Below are positions 39,641 to 53,220 of a stretch of 64,000 nucleotides of DNA, piece after piece. Numbering within the stretch: position 1 is the stretch's first letter; each line of letters opens with the position of its first letter. The DNA comes from Octopus vulgaris (taxonomy: Eukaryota), in assembly GCA_951406725.2 (NCBI GenBank), contig OX597824.1:77438001-77502000 (forward strand). The letters run 5' to 3'. Made by a program: the position numbers and the translations under genes. Under the pieces are notes generated by a model that ran no database searches, was not told the origin of the DNA, and worked only from the letters and a program-made list of their open reading frames with translations.

Positions 39641-41142
39641 TTAGTGTTCTCTACGCTTTGGTCTAGCTTGATAATAGTTGCCTTCTTGTCTCTTGTGTAA
39701 TGTAGAGGTACATGGCTGGAAGTAATTCGGGTGGTGTTGTCTGAAACGTTGACAGACAAGTTGTGAATACTCGCATGATGTTTGTGCATGTGACTGGCCG
39801 TGTTTCTGATATGGTATAGTTTGTGTTGTGACCGATTCAGTTGCTTGCTGCAGTCTGACTTGTACTGGATACCGAGAACCCATACAGTATGGTGAATGGT
39901 GGATACAGGTAATTTGTGAAGGCAGTTGTGTGTTGGGTTCCGGTGTTGGGAAGGTTGGGGCCCCTACTTGTTGTGGAAAAGGGGTAAATGTTGTTGTGTG
40001 ATAAATGCAGGGCGTCGGCGGAATTATGGCAGTGTTATGTAGAGGTGCGGGTTGAAATTCGATCGCTGGGTGATTGTAGCGACAAATGGGTTCTGGATTT
40101 TCTTGCGCTGCGATACATAGTCCTGCTTCGCATATACCAGGTTGCATTGGTTGAAGGGAGCTACGGAGATCTGGTTTGTTGTCGTTTAAGGTAACAGGTT
40201 GATTAATAGCAATGTCCATAAAAGATGGTCGATATAATTCCATCATCTGTGGATCGTAGGGACTGATGGGTGTGAGTTGTTCTACGATATTTGGTTGCAC
40301 CCCGTATATGGCAGTTTGTATTGGTTGAGGATAGCGCTGAAGGACTGCTTTAGTATCTGGCGGAGTTTGATCTGGTCCGACGTAACTTGGAAGACATGTT
40401 TGGTCTAAGGCAACTGGAGGAGTTTCGTATTCGATAGTTTGTACTTCTTTGTCTACTGTCACTGGTCTTTTGTCGTTTGAGTTAACTGATGGATTCTGGG
40501 TTACGATTATCTGAGGCGGTTTGACGATACTCGGAGATTCTGCTATCAGGCGCTCTGAGGCAATTGGTGCTATCTGATATGAGATAGACCTTCTTGGTTC
40601 GGGGTAGGCTGCTGTTTGGTCTTTGGCAGTATCGGGTGGATCTTGGTCTTTGTAGGGATGAGGTGGTTGGACTGGTGCAGGCGTTTCGACTGGTGCAGGC
40701 GTTTCGACTAGTGGAGGCGCTTCGACTAGTGGAGGCGTTGGGGCTGGTGGAGGCGATCGGACTGGTGGAGGCGCTTCGACTAGTGGAGGCGTTGGGGGTG
40801 GTGGAGGCGATCGGACTGGTGGAGGCGATCGGACTGGTGGAGGCGATCGGACTGGTGAAGGCGATCGGACTCGTGGAGGCGATCGGACTCGTGGAGGCGA
40901 TCGGACTGGTGGAGGCGATCGGACTGGTGGAGGCGATGGGGGTGGTGGAGGCGTTGGGGCTGGTGGAGGCGTTGTATGTCGTTGTTTGATTCGTACAGTC
41001 TTATGGGTTGATGGAGGTGATGGAGGTGGTGGTTGTTTGACAGGCTTCGAATGTTCTCCTTTTTTCTTTTTTACTCTGAGTTGTGGGGCTTTCTTCGGTT
41101 CTGGTTTCCGTTGCTTTTTTGGCTGTTCCTCTTTAATATTAT
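39641..41142 (-). CDS. Putative terminal coding exon (~500 codons) of an unknown Pro/Gln/Thr-rich protein with VRSPPP repeats
   Basis: The frame of ORF 39641..40462 reads open upstream to 41143 (DNIKEEQPKKQRKPEPKKAPQLRVKKKKGEHSKPVKQPPPPSPP...) with no start codon and an in-frame TAA at ~41191. A tttcag acceptor at 41148-41143 gives a phase-1 exon. A paralogous exon lies at 63151-63776. Confidence 0.7.
40670..40975 (-). repeat. 18-bp coding minisatellite (ggactggtggaggcgatc on plus) encoding VRSPPP / VEAPPL units
   Basis: Visible 18-bp periodicity, in frame within the 39641-41142 exon. Confidence 0.85.
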
Positions 41143-41364
41143 CTGAAACATTCCAAAATCGACATTTGGTAGAGATAGCACAACGTGCTTAATATACAAT
41201 GGAACATAATATACATACACACACAAATATTTCTGTATACGCACTGAAAGATACGATAAATACACACACATATATATATATACGGAAATATATAGCATAA
41301 ACTCAGCTTATATACCTATTATTATTAAAGGCTTAAGTAATATATTCAGAATTTTATTATAAGC

Positions 41365-42235
41365 AAAGACGTGACTTGTACGAAGTTTGCTTCCAAACCA
41401 CAGGATTTTCGGTTCGGTCCTACTATGTAGTACACTGGTTAAGTGTCTTCTATTGGTGCCTCGGCCTAACCCTTATCAATGGATTTGGTAGACAGAAACT
41501 GAAAGAATACTACTCTCTCTTTCTATCTTTTCTTTTACTTGTTTCAACCATTAGACTGCGGCCATGCTGGAGCATCGGCTCGAAGAATTGTTAGTCGAAT
41601 AAATCTACCTAGTACCTTTTTTTTTTAAAGCCTAGTACTTATTCTATCAGTTACTGTTACCAAACCGCTAAGATATGGGACATAAGCACACCAACACCGG
41701 CTGTGCTGTGGTAGTGAGGAACACACACACACACACACACACATACACGACAGACTTCAGATTCCGCCTGCCAAATCCATTCACAAGGTTTTGGTCTGCT
41801 CGAGGTTATTGTAGAAGACACTTGCTCGAGGTGTCACGCAGTGGGACTGAACTTAGAACAAAATGGTTTAGAAGCTTCTAACCCCACAACCACGCCTGTG
41901 TCTCTTTACGCATGCGTATATGTATGTATGCATGCATGCATGCACGAATGCATGTAAGTATGGACGTACATCTGTGTGTGTGTGTGTATGTGTGTCTGAG
42001 TTTGTCTCCCGCCACTGCTTCACAACCGGTGTTGGTATTACTCTCTCTTTTACTCTTTTACTTGTTTCAGTCATTTGACTGCGGTCATGCTGGAGCACCG
42101 CCTTTAGTCGAACAAATCGACCCCGGGACTTATTCTTTGTAAGCCCAGTACTTATTCTATCGGTCTCTTTTGCCGAACCGCTAAGTGACGGCGACGTAAA
42201 CACACCAGCATCGGTTGTCAAGCAATGCTAGGGGG

Positions 42236-42280
<45 letters not shown>

Positions 42281-42836
42281 CTTATATATATATATACATA
42301 TATACGACGGGCTTCTTTCAGTTTCCGTTTACCAAATCCACTCACAAGGCTTTGGTCGGCCCGAGGCTATAGCAGAAGACACTTGCCCAAGATGTCACGC
42401 AGTGGGACTGAACCCGGAACCATGTGGTTGGTCAGCAAGCTAATTACCACACAGCCACTCCTACGCCTATGTTTACATCTCCATAACTTAGCAGTTCAGC
42501 AAAGACGTATTCGACAAATTCCATTTGTGGGAGCCTTCTAAGAGGTATACAAAGAAAGAAGTCAGTCATTTTACTACAGCTGTCAAGAACTCTACTGTCA
42601 GTCAAATACATTTTGAAATCTGATGATTACTGTAATAAGAAGCGTGAAAGCCAGATCTATTTATATATTTATTCAAATTAGAAGTGGCTGTGTGGTAAGT
42701 AGCTTGCTAACCAACCACATGGTTCCGGATTCAGTCCCACTGCGTGGCATCTTGGACAAGTGTCTTCTGCTATAGCCCCGGGCCGACCAATGCCTTTTGA
42801 GTGGATTTGGGAGACGGAAACTGAAAGAAGCCTGTC

Positions 42837-42880
<44 letters not shown>

Positions 42881-43104
42881 TTGTGTGTCTGTGTTTGTCC
42901 CGCTAGCATTGCCTGACAACCGATGCTGGTGTGTTTACGTCCCCGTCACTTAGCGGTTCGGCAAAAGAGACCGATCGAATAAGTACTGGGCTTACAAAGA
43001 ATAAGTTCCGGGGTCGATTTGCTCGACTAAAGGCGGTGCTCCAGCATGGCCGCAGTCAAATGAGTGAAACAAGTAAAAGAGTAAAAGTGTAAAGAGTAAA
43101 AGAG
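41365..43104. mobile_element. Cluster of nested SINE B copies (41365-41510 +, 41530-41898 -, 42043-42467 -, 42682-43104 +)
   Basis: Repeated family B heads and tails in both orientations. Confidence 0.85.
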
Positions 43105-43382
43105 TATATATAATAAAAAGGGTAAATAATTTTTTTCGTGGTTTTTTAGACAAGCAACAATTATTTACCGGTAAATTTCGGTATGTAAATATGACTTTTA
43201 GCGTCTGGAACTTCTGTAGAGTTCAGTATATATAGTAGTAATTAAAAGGGCAGGCAACAGGTTGCTCTGCCGCATACCGAAAGAATTAGAAATGGCAGTC
43301 AAAGACTGTTTAATTCCATTTTCTAAAAGTGGAGGCTCCGTGTGTGTGTGTGTATGGATGTATTTATATATATGTATGTATG

Positions 43383-43437
<55 letters not shown>

Positions 43438-43584
43438 GTTATATAATTAGGTTTCAGTAAAATAATTTACCTTACCACACACCGAACTTTTAGAAATAGC
43501 AGCCAAAAAATCTTAGCTATTTCTTCTACTATAAGAAAAATCTCCCAGACAATGCATACTCAAACATATATACACACATATGTA

Positions 43585-43659
<75 letters not shown>

Positions 43660-43871
43660 ATATATATATATGTATGATATAGATATGCATATATATATAT
43701 AAATATACGCATATGCATATGTGTATATATATATGTGTGTGTGTGTGTATATACATATATTTATATGTGTGTGTGTGTATGTATGTGCATGTTCTTTTAT
43801 TTGTTTCAGTCATTTAGTCGAGCAAATCAACCCCAGGACTTATTCTTTGTAAGCCTAGTACTTATTCTATC

Positions 43872-44286
43872 CTAACATCGGGCTACAACAAGTAACCTTA
43901 GATGCCCAAATCTTCTTAAGTGTCCTAGCTGTCCCTAATAACACTGTTTTCTGGAGCTGTACTAAACTGGGCTTTATGCCTATTTCCTCCGTCCATCTGT
44001 TCAAATCACTAGTTCATAATAGTTCAAAATTCGCCTATAACTACTGGGATACATTTTACCCGCACTTACCATAGTCTCTGTAATTCAATGGCTAGGTCCT
44101 GGTACTTTGTCATTTTTTCTATAACTCTAACATTGATAAATGCCAAGATAGACAAAAACCAAATAGATTCCCAATGTAGGTTATGCAAATCAAAAGAGGA
44201 AAGTGCTACTCATATAGTAAGTGAATGTAGCATTCATGGCTTCCTATTTTCTTTTATATCATCATCATTATTATTATTACTACTAC

Positions 44287-44364
<78 letters not shown>

Positions 44365-45075
44365 GAAGGCGGTGAGGTGGCTGAATCGTTAGCGCGCCGG
44401 GCGAAATGTTTAGCGGCATTTCGCCCGTCGCTATGTTCTGAGTTCAAATTAGATCTGCAAAGTCAATTATCTGGCACTTTCTATTGTCTTTATCTACTAC
44501 TACTAAATCAGGCCTCCCAGCTTCTATTACTCTATCAGTTTGAATGTTAAAGTCCTACAACATTTTCTATTTCTACTTTCTTGTATTTTACTAGAGTCAT
44601 GATCATACAATTTATCAATATGTTCAAATCCTAGCTTTCTACATAACTCCCAGTGGATTACTCCCCCTAGGTTGTCATGTCTTTTCTTGCATTCCTTTGG
44701 TGCCAGAATGCTACATTCACTTACTATATGAGTAGCACTTTCCTCTTTTGATTTGCATAACCTACATTGGGAATCTATTTGGTTTTTGTCTATCTTGGCA
44801 TTTATCCAATTAGTCTTTTATGCTTGATCTTATGCTGCTACTAACCAACATTCTGGCTCCCTTTCCAGCCTTCCTTTCAGCAACCATAACCATGTCACGG
44901 TACTATTATTTGCTGCAACTATGCAAAACCTTCTCCTGCCAGCCACATAACTTTTGTTCTTTTTTCTGCTTTTTAATATATTGTTATTATTACTGTTTTT
45001 CTTTTTACTTTTAATCTGCATATTTCTTACAGTCACTTGCCAAAACACACATAGTGTCCTGGGGCGAGTGAAGGA
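43872..45075 (-). mobile_element. R4/Dong-clade non-LTR retrotransposon 3' part (CCHC knuckle + restriction-like endonuclease), disrupted
   Basis: Minus strand: CRLCKSKEESATHIVSECSILAPKECKKRHDNLG, QTDRVIEAGRPDLVVVDKDNRKCQIIDFA, KYQDLAIELQRLW, LQKTVLLGTARTL. Confidence 0.85.
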
Positions 45076-45100
45076 TAAGAGATGTTACAGTTTATCTGTT

Positions 45101-45132
<32 letters not shown>

Positions 45133-45141
45133 TATTATTAT

Positions 45142-45218
<77 letters not shown>

Positions 45219-45235
45219 TTATTATTATTATTATT

Positions 45236-45620
45236 TTACTTCTCAGAGCTGTCAGTCTGACTTTCTCTGGTCGATTCTGAAAGAGCGGACAGCAACCCGT
45301 TGTAACAGGGTCTCTTACCGCAAATTATACTTGGATGTTAACTATTGTGGAAGTCACTCAACACCCACGTACAAATCTTAAAAATCGTAGCTGTCCCAAA
45401 CAGGGCAGTATTTTAGGCCTGCTCTGCCCTCATTCTAATTCCAATTTCTCTGACATATTTCTCGAACTTGGTTGTTAGTGCGCCGAGTGCCCACATTCTT
45501 GCAATATTCTCTTTTAGCAGCCAGTATTTTTCCATTATTTCCAATTCTTCTTACGCATGCATGCCCGTATATGGTAATATCTATGATCATGGCTTCCTAT
45601 TTTCTTTTATATCATCATCA
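45236..45620 (-). mobile_element. Second R4/Dong-like 3' fragment between (TAA)n-type tracts
   Basis: Minus strand MIIDITI...MEKYWLLKENIARMW...ALGALTTKF...ALFGTATIF, then a UTR and (TAA)n. Confidence 0.7.
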
Positions 45621-45645
45621 TTATTATTATTACTACTACTACTAC

Positions 45646-45687
<42 letters not shown>

Positions 45688-45690
45688 GAA

Positions 45691-45905
45691 GGCGGTGAGG
45701 TGGCTGAATCGTTAGCGCGCCGGGCGAAATGCTTAGCGGCATTTCGCCCGTCGCTATGTTCTGAGTTCAAATTCCGCCGCGGTCGACTGTGCCTTTCGTC
45801 CTTTCGAGATCGATAAATTAAGTATCAGTGAAACACTAGGGTCAATTTATTCGCCTAGTCTCTTCCCCCAAAATTCCAGGTCTTGTGCCTTTAGTAGAAA
45901 GGGTT
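45691..45905 (+). mobile_element. SINE family A, alternative-tail variant
   Basis: Family A head; tail cccccaaaattccaggtcttgtgcctttagtagaaagg. Confidence 0.75.
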
Positions 45906-45928
45906 GTTGTTATTTCTATTATTATTAT

Positions 45929-46486
45929 TGAGTGAGAGAGCAGTGCATGCCATCAAACTGACACTGGGGTAAAATATACGAAGCCCAGTATAACCATCAT
46001 GACTACCTGTCTGATAAGGGTACACCAGGCACATGCATCACAACCCTATGTGTGCGACATGGTGATCCCATATCAAGATAAACAGCGCATGACCTTGCAG
46101 GTGGAGCCCAGTTAGAATTTTCTTCTGGTTGAGTAGCCCATCCCGCTCAAAAGGTCCCTGAATAAGGGTTGTTTAAGGATGTTGAACGAACCACCCATGT
46201 TTCCAAAGGTAAATTAGCTAAACCTCTAAGAATTCCTTTCAACACACGGCTATGATGCTCCCCCACTACTTCTGCTCCTGATCAGAGATGCACATATCGT
46301 CAGCCACAAAGGGACATGGTCAACTCGTTAAGGTCAAATAACTGACAAGCAAATCTGTGGTATTGAGCAGAATATTTGCTGTAGCCCATCTTTTATACCA
46401 AGACAAAACAATGTACATGATAACACTTCCAATCAGTTAAGATCAGAAGCCATGAGAGCCACTGCCTGGTACTGCATCAGGGCATT
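45929..46486 (-). mobile_element. Unclassified ~560-bp non-coding retroposon with (TAA)n tail
   Basis: High-complexity island bounded by (TTA)n and (TTC)n. The minus-strand 3' end ...ctctctcactc runs into (aat)n; no ORF. Confidence 0.45.
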
Positions 46487-46604
46487 TCTTCTTCTTCTTC
46501 TTCGTTTTCTTCTTCTTCTTCTTCTTCTTCTTCTTCTTCTTCTTCTTCTTCTTCTTCTTCTTCTTCTTCTTCTTCTTCTTCTTCTTCTTCTTCTTCTTCT
46601 TCTT

Positions 46605-46687
<83 letters not shown>

Positions 46688-46696
46688 TATTATTAC

Positions 46697-46730
<34 letters not shown>

Positions 46731-46837
46731 GTTGTTGCTGTTTTTGTTGTTGTTGTTGCTGTTGTTGATGTTGTGTATGTGTGTACGTGCGCACAGACAC
46801 AGCCACAACTGTTCGCACTCACAGATGTGTGCATGTA

Positions 46838-46871
<34 letters not shown>

Positions 46872-47118
46872 CGCGTGTGTGCGTGTGTGTGTGTGATTTG
46901 TAGACACGCTACCCCAGTGGACATGCATTTTATTTCCCTCTCTAGTTCTGTAAGCGGCACCGTAAAGGTTTCATCTGAAATATCATAAGGTATAATTTCA
47001 ACAACTTTGCTATTTGATTTTAAATTACTAGTCTGCATTGCTGAGGTTTTCTACACATTCATTTCTTTTTCATATACACCAATACTTCAAGGAAAAACTA
47101 CAACACTACTATAATGTT

Positions 47119-47186
<68 letters not shown>

Positions 47187-47251
47187 GTATGTATATATGT
47201 ATATATGTATGTATGCATGTATGTATGCATGTATGAATATGTATGTATATA

Positions 47252-47314
<63 letters not shown>

Positions 47315-47514
47315 GAATGTGTGTATTTCTCCCTTGTTTACAATTAACACGGAGAAAATAAATAAACAGTTACCTGGGTAGCAAAAAATTACGCAAGCAA
47401 GAAGGACGTAAAACCCTGTTTGTAAAGGTAGAAAATCCGGGCTGATGTGAACTGTTTTTTTATGATATATATAAATAAATAGAGTTAAACGCAGGTGTTA
47501 TTCAAATTGCTTTA

Positions 47515-47601
47515 CTTCCGACATATGCTTCGAAGACAATATTGGTATTATTCCAAAGGAATAAAATGGTGTAAAACAATGTAATCTTCTCATCAGGGAA
47601 A
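47515..47601 (-). ncRNA. Type I hammerhead motif (GAAA>GAAG variant)
   Basis: Minus strand: ttcc CTGATGA gaagat...gtcttc GAAG catatg TC ggaa. The inverted partial copy at ~47782-47803 retains GAAA catatg TC ggaa. Confidence 0.75.
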
Positions 47602-47836
47602 GAAACAAACCAAAGTCATTAATAAGACATTTTAACAGAATGGGATGGATGTGTATAATGATGAATAGAACGCTATTAAGTTTTTTTTAAAAAACCGTTA
47701 GAAGATAACGTCAAAGTTAGCCTATAGAAAGAGACTACATTGTTTTACACCATTTTATACCTTTGGAATAATACCAATGTTGTCTTCGAAACATATGTCG
47801 GAAGGAAAAGAATTTGAATAACACCTGCATTTAACA

Positions 47837-47989
<153 letters not shown>

Positions 47990-48265
47990 ATGTATGTATA
48001 TATATGTATAAATTTAAAATAATAAGGGTGAAAAATTGAATATTAATTTGATTAATATCAATTTAAAACCAGTGGTCTAGCATACTCAAAAATCTGAAGA
48101 TTCAGAAAAATTGTATTACATACATATAAGTGGGATGACCACTAAGTGGACATCCATTTTGCTAGAAGTAGACCACCTATGGTCTTACCACTAAGAAAGG
48201 ATTGTTGTCAAGAAAATTTAGCAAACGTCTCGTGTATATTTCTGCAAATTATATTTTGCTATGAC

Positions 48266-48339
48266 GATCACACTGATGAGTTGCGAACAATTACGGAAGT
48301 AATTACGTAGGTGGTAACAACGAAACCAGGTTTGTGATT
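48266..48339 (+). ncRNA. Type I hammerhead ribozyme motif
   Basis: gatcaca CTGATGA gttg...caac GAAA ccagg TT tgtgatt. 7-bp stem I, 4-bp stem II base, GUU site. Confidence 0.8.
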
Positions 48340-48527
48340 AATCGCTATATTTTGTATCTTTTCATTTGTCTTGCTCGCTTACGTTCTGGCGTTTGCTAAA
48401 TTTTCTTGAGAACAATCCTTTCTTAGTGGTAAGACCAAAGCGGATCTACTTCTAGCATAATGGATTTCCAGTTAGTGGTCATCCCTCTTATATGTATGCA
48501 TATGTATATATGGGTGTGTGTGTGTAT

Positions 48528-48570
<43 letters not shown>

Positions 48571-48868
48571 AATTAAGATTCTGTTGAATTAGGTACATAA
48601 ATTCAAGCACCTTGTCAATTCGGTATAGTCGGCACAGCTCCAAGTCAGGTATGTATCAGAATTTAAATAAGTAACAAGTATGTACAATTGTCAATACGTG
48701 ACGGCTGTTATATATATGTTGATAGATAGATAGATATACACACATGCATTCATACATATGTGTGTGTGAGCGTACATTTAACATGGATATAGACAAAAGC
48801 TGTCTATATATGTGTGTGTGTATATATATACACATACACACACATATATGTATTATATTTATATCATG

Positions 48869-48934
<66 letters not shown>

Positions 48935-48990
48935 CATATATATATATACATATATATACATATATAAATATACACATATACATATTTTTT

Positions 48991-49268
48991 CCGACCAGCC
49001 CATCAGATGTAGCTACACATCGCTGGTCACAATGCGTTCGCATTGTTTTAGCCTTCGAATAACGCCACCCCGCTGGCTAAGTGAGCAGGCCACCAGAAGA
49101 AAGGGTTGTGAAAGAGTACAGCAGGGATTACCACCCCCTGCCGGAGCCTCGTGGAGCTTTAATGTGTTTTCGCTCAATAAACACTCACAACGCCCGGTCT
49201 GGGAATCGAAACCGCGATCCTACGACCGCCAGTCCGCTGCCTTAACCACTAGGCCATTGCGCCTCCAC
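48991..49268 (-). mobile_element. SINE family C, tail type 2
   Basis: Reverse-complement match to 24728-25040. Confidence 0.85.
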
Positions 49269-49282
49269 ACATATACATATAT

Positions 49283-49313
<31 letters not shown>

Positions 49314-49516
49314 TAACATTATTGGTGAATTGAAGAAATGGAGCTGAACGCAGATTGAACAGAAATCGTTTTATATATATATATATATATATACAGACAG
49401 CACAAATTACCAAAATCCGATGGAATAATGGGACCATATTGTGTCTTCCATATTGTAGTTCGATTTGTTTTTGCTCCGCCTCTGTTCTGTTTTTGTTTTT
49501 CCAACGGATTTCCTAT

Positions 49517-49605
49517 TTTCTTCTTGAAGAGAAAGACACAATATGGTCCCATTATTCCATCGGATTTTGGTAATTTGTGCCTTTCGAAACACGTGTAGAA
49601 TGAAA
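49517..49605 (+). ncRNA. Type I hammerhead motif (C3U core variant)
   Basis: ttc TTGAAGA gaaagacacaa...ttgtgcctttc GAAA cacgtg TA gaa. Stem II pairs 10/11; palindromic stem III. Confidence 0.7.
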
Positions 49606-49815
49606 TAAAACGATTTCTGTTCAATCTGCGTTCAGCTCCATTTCTTCAATTCACCAATAATGTTCTAATTTCAATTATCCGCACCAACGCACGGTTGCAA
49701 CACCATATGGTTGTACCTCCAACCGTGCTGTTTTACTGCTGTGATTTTTGCTACTAAGGTATCGGTTAAACTTTTGATTAATCTACTACAAGATTATTCA
49801 TCTTTCTATTTCACA

Positions 49816-49875
<60 letters not shown>

Positions 49876-50327
49876 CATGGATGTATATAAATAGATGCAC
49901 ACACACACATATATACATCTATGAGTATATATGTATATAAATGTATAAATGCATACATAAAAAATACCATATGTACATACAAACACGTACGCTCACATTT
50001 TCTCATACATACATACATAATACTCATACATACATACATACATACATACATACATACATACATACATACATACATACATACATACATAAACACATACATA
50101 CATAAACACATACATACATACATACATAAACACATACATACATACATACATATATACATACATAAACACATACATAGTACATACATACATACATACATAC
50201 ATACGTACGTACATACATACATACATACATACATACATACATACATACATACATACATACATACATACATACGTACATACATACATAAACACATACATAG
50301 TACATACATACATACATAGTACATACA

Positions 50328-50360
<33 letters not shown>

Positions 50361-50710
50361 CTTCAGATTGTTGCCATGCTGAGAAACGTTTGTTTACTCA
50401 TTTGTAAAGATAGACGCTAGCTGGTAGCGAAATAATTTCATCGGTTTTTTTTTTATCGAAATTCTACCGATCTAGACGTTAAACGTCTCTCTTTTTATCT
50501 TCACATCATAAAATATACTATGATGTTTCAGTTATTTTATCATATTAGATATTATATGAGACATCAAAATCCGACACATTACCTACATATTGTCTTACGT
50601 CGTATTCGAAGCGTATATAAAACCTTGTAGAGCTGTATGACGCAGAGATTTATACCTATATACATAAACAGGAACACATTCTTACACGCATACATACATA
50701 CATACATACA

Positions 50711-50741
<31 letters not shown>

Positions 50742-50742
50742 C

Positions 50743-51080
50743 TCTTTGAAAATCAAAGAAAAAGCTGATATCTTTGAACATCTGCTTCGAAACCTCCAGC
50801 TTCTATATCCAGACTATGAATTCATATTCATACCAATAATAATTGGTGCACTAGACTTTGTAAGTAAATGCTCAAAGGAGAATCTGGATAAACTGGGATT
50901 TTCAGGAAGAGAAATCGTCTGGTTAATTCGTAGATTACAAGTGCAATCTGTGAGTGGAACAGTAAAAATATGCAAGACTTTTCTCAAGTTCCAAACGTGA
51001 ATTCGCTTGTGTCAGCTACATTCCAAAGATGAAGTCTTGTTGGAAACCGGCTCCCTCCTCAGTAGAAGATTTATAATGAT
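50743..51080 (+). mobile_element. R4/Dong-like RLE-domain 3' fragment
   Basis: KIKEKADIFEHLLRNLQLLYPDYEFIFIPIIIGALDFVSK...LQVQSVSGTVKICKTFL*. Confidence 0.75.
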
Positions 51081-51099
51081 TAGACGATACGTACATACA

Positions 51100-51335
51100 T
51101 AATGTTCGTCCTTCGGGTTCGAAGATGACCACTGACATCATCTGGTGGAACTGCCGCCATGAGACCGGAGGTGGCTGGTGAGGCCAATCCGGGCACGGAA
51201 GCCCCTCCCACAGGTGGGGCAGAAGTGGGTAGGGGCCGTGCTACTGGTGCAGGCGGCTCTGGCTTTCCGCATCTGGCGTTTCTGCTCTGCTGACCGAATC
51301 CGTCCCTCCTCGGCTGTCCCTGCTCCTGTGGTGAT
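51100..51335 (-). mobile_element. RTE-clade LINE 3' fragment
   Basis: EEGRIRSAEQKRQMRKAR...CPTCGRGFRARIGLTSHLRSH, the typical RTE C-terminal C2H2 region, followed by a short UTR ending cccgaaggacgaac. Confidence 0.8.
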
Positions 51336-52028
51336 TGCGCTATGTATACACACATATATTTAATATTTTTGACTAATGGGTATATGTCACTTAGTGTACT
51401 GAGTGTTGAGTAGAGTATTGACACAGTTTGGGATCCCTGGTGTCATCCGCAGTCAGGTCATATTTCCGTTGGGTCTACTTCAGGAACTCCCCTGTATGTA
51501 TGACTGTATGGATGTACCTGATGAGACCCAGATTGCAAAATGGATGCAGCACAACATGTCGAACGGAGTCTCACTCACAGCACGACGGGTCGTAAAGATT
51601 GTTGTATAAAATAAAGAATAATACCAAATCCATCTTTTTACTTAATTATCATTATATACACATATATACACATATATACACATATATACACATATATATA
51701 TGCATGTATGTATATATGTATATATATGTATAGGTACATATATATATATAAATACATATCTATATACATATATTCATATACATATACACACATACATATA
51801 TATCTATATCTATCTATCTTTGTATATATATATATATATATATATATATAACGGGAAGGTTTACGAAAATAAACAAAAGACGAAGGCAGGTGGAGTACAA
51901 ACAAACAAATGTATTAGTGTGGCGCTCCGGAATATAAATAGAACAAGTCTTTTACGTTTCGAGCCAGAAAGATGCACAGAGAAAAAGCAAGGAAAGAAAC
52001 AAGGAGAGAAAAAATGCGTGTAGGAGCT

Positions 52029-52177
<149 letters not shown>

Positions 52178-52445
52178 TTAAAAATTGAGGGAGATAAATT
52201 AATATTAATTTTAATATCAATTTAAAACCAGTAGTCCAGCATTCAAAAAATCTGAGGAGTCAGAGAAAATTCAAATATATGTGTATATTGGCAGGGCTGG
52301 CCTGCTAGGTAGCCGGCCAGAATGCTAGAGAAAGATCATCAACGATCAAACTACAAGGGAAATTCTCTAGAGGAAGAATTCAGCGAACACCAGAACCAAA
52401 TTTGGCGGGCAGGACATATGAAAAATTAAATAAAAAACAGACTTA

Positions 52446-52521
52446 AATGCATACCTCGGTTTCGGTCTTAACAAAAGAATTACTTGCATAATTCAAGTGT
52501 CCGTGACTTCTTCAGTACATT
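52446..52521 (-). ncRNA. Type I hammerhead motif, copy 1 of 546-bp array
   Basis: Minus strand: aatgta CTGAAGA agtc...gacc GAAA ccgagg TA tgcatt. Confidence 0.75.
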
Positions 52522-53144
52522 CGGTCCTCGAGATGCAAACCGCAAGACTAACCCCAGCTCTCTGTGTCAAGACAGACACGTGCTTAGTCTTACTGATTAC
52601 ATCGGGAATAAAATTTCAAATGTCTTGGTTCTGGCGCGCTAAGAGACTCCTGAAGCGAAGGGCTGCAGTGAATAATTCACTGCGGGTAATGCTTACAACT
52701 AGGGAACGTATTTATTTAAATATTCAAAAATTGAGGGAGATAAATTAATATTAATTTTAATATCAATTTAAAACCAGTAGTCCAGCATTCAAAAAATCTG
52801 AGGAGTCAGAGAAAATTCAAATATATGTGTATATTGGCAGGGCTGGCCTGCTAGGTAGCCGGCCAGAATGCTAGAGAAAGATCATCAACGATCAAACTAC
52901 AAGGGAAATTCTCTAGAGGAAGAATTCAGCGAACACCAGAAAATATTTAAATAAATACGTTCCCTAGTTGTAAGCATTACCCGCAGTGAATTATTCACTG
53001 CAGCCCTTCGCTTCAGGAGTCTCTTAGCGCGCCAGAACCAAGACATTTGAAATTTTATTCCCGATGTAATCAGTAAGAATAAGCACGTGTCTGTCTTGAC
53101 ACAGAGAGCTGGGGTTAGTCTTTCAGTTTGCATCTCGAGGACCG

Positions 53145-53220
53145 AACGTACTGAAGAAGTCACGGACACTTGAATTATGCAAGTAATTCTTTTGTTAAGA
53201 CCAAAACCGAGGTATGCATT
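53145..53220 (+). ncRNA. Hammerhead motif, copy 2 of 546-bp array (GAAA>AAAA, likely inactive)
   Basis: aacgta CTGAAGA agtc...gacc AAAA ccgagg TA tgcatt. Confidence 0.65.

Noticed and set aside
40594-40989. Plus-strand ORF with LVEAIG repeats
   Set aside because: Antisense shadow of the 18-bp repeat in the longer minus-strand exon.
46913-47050. Possible small upstream exon MQTSNLKSNSKVVEIIPYDISDE... (minus)
   Set aside because: Weak donor (gtagcg) in phase 0, incompatible with direct splicing to the phase-1 acceptor at 41142; no homology evidence.
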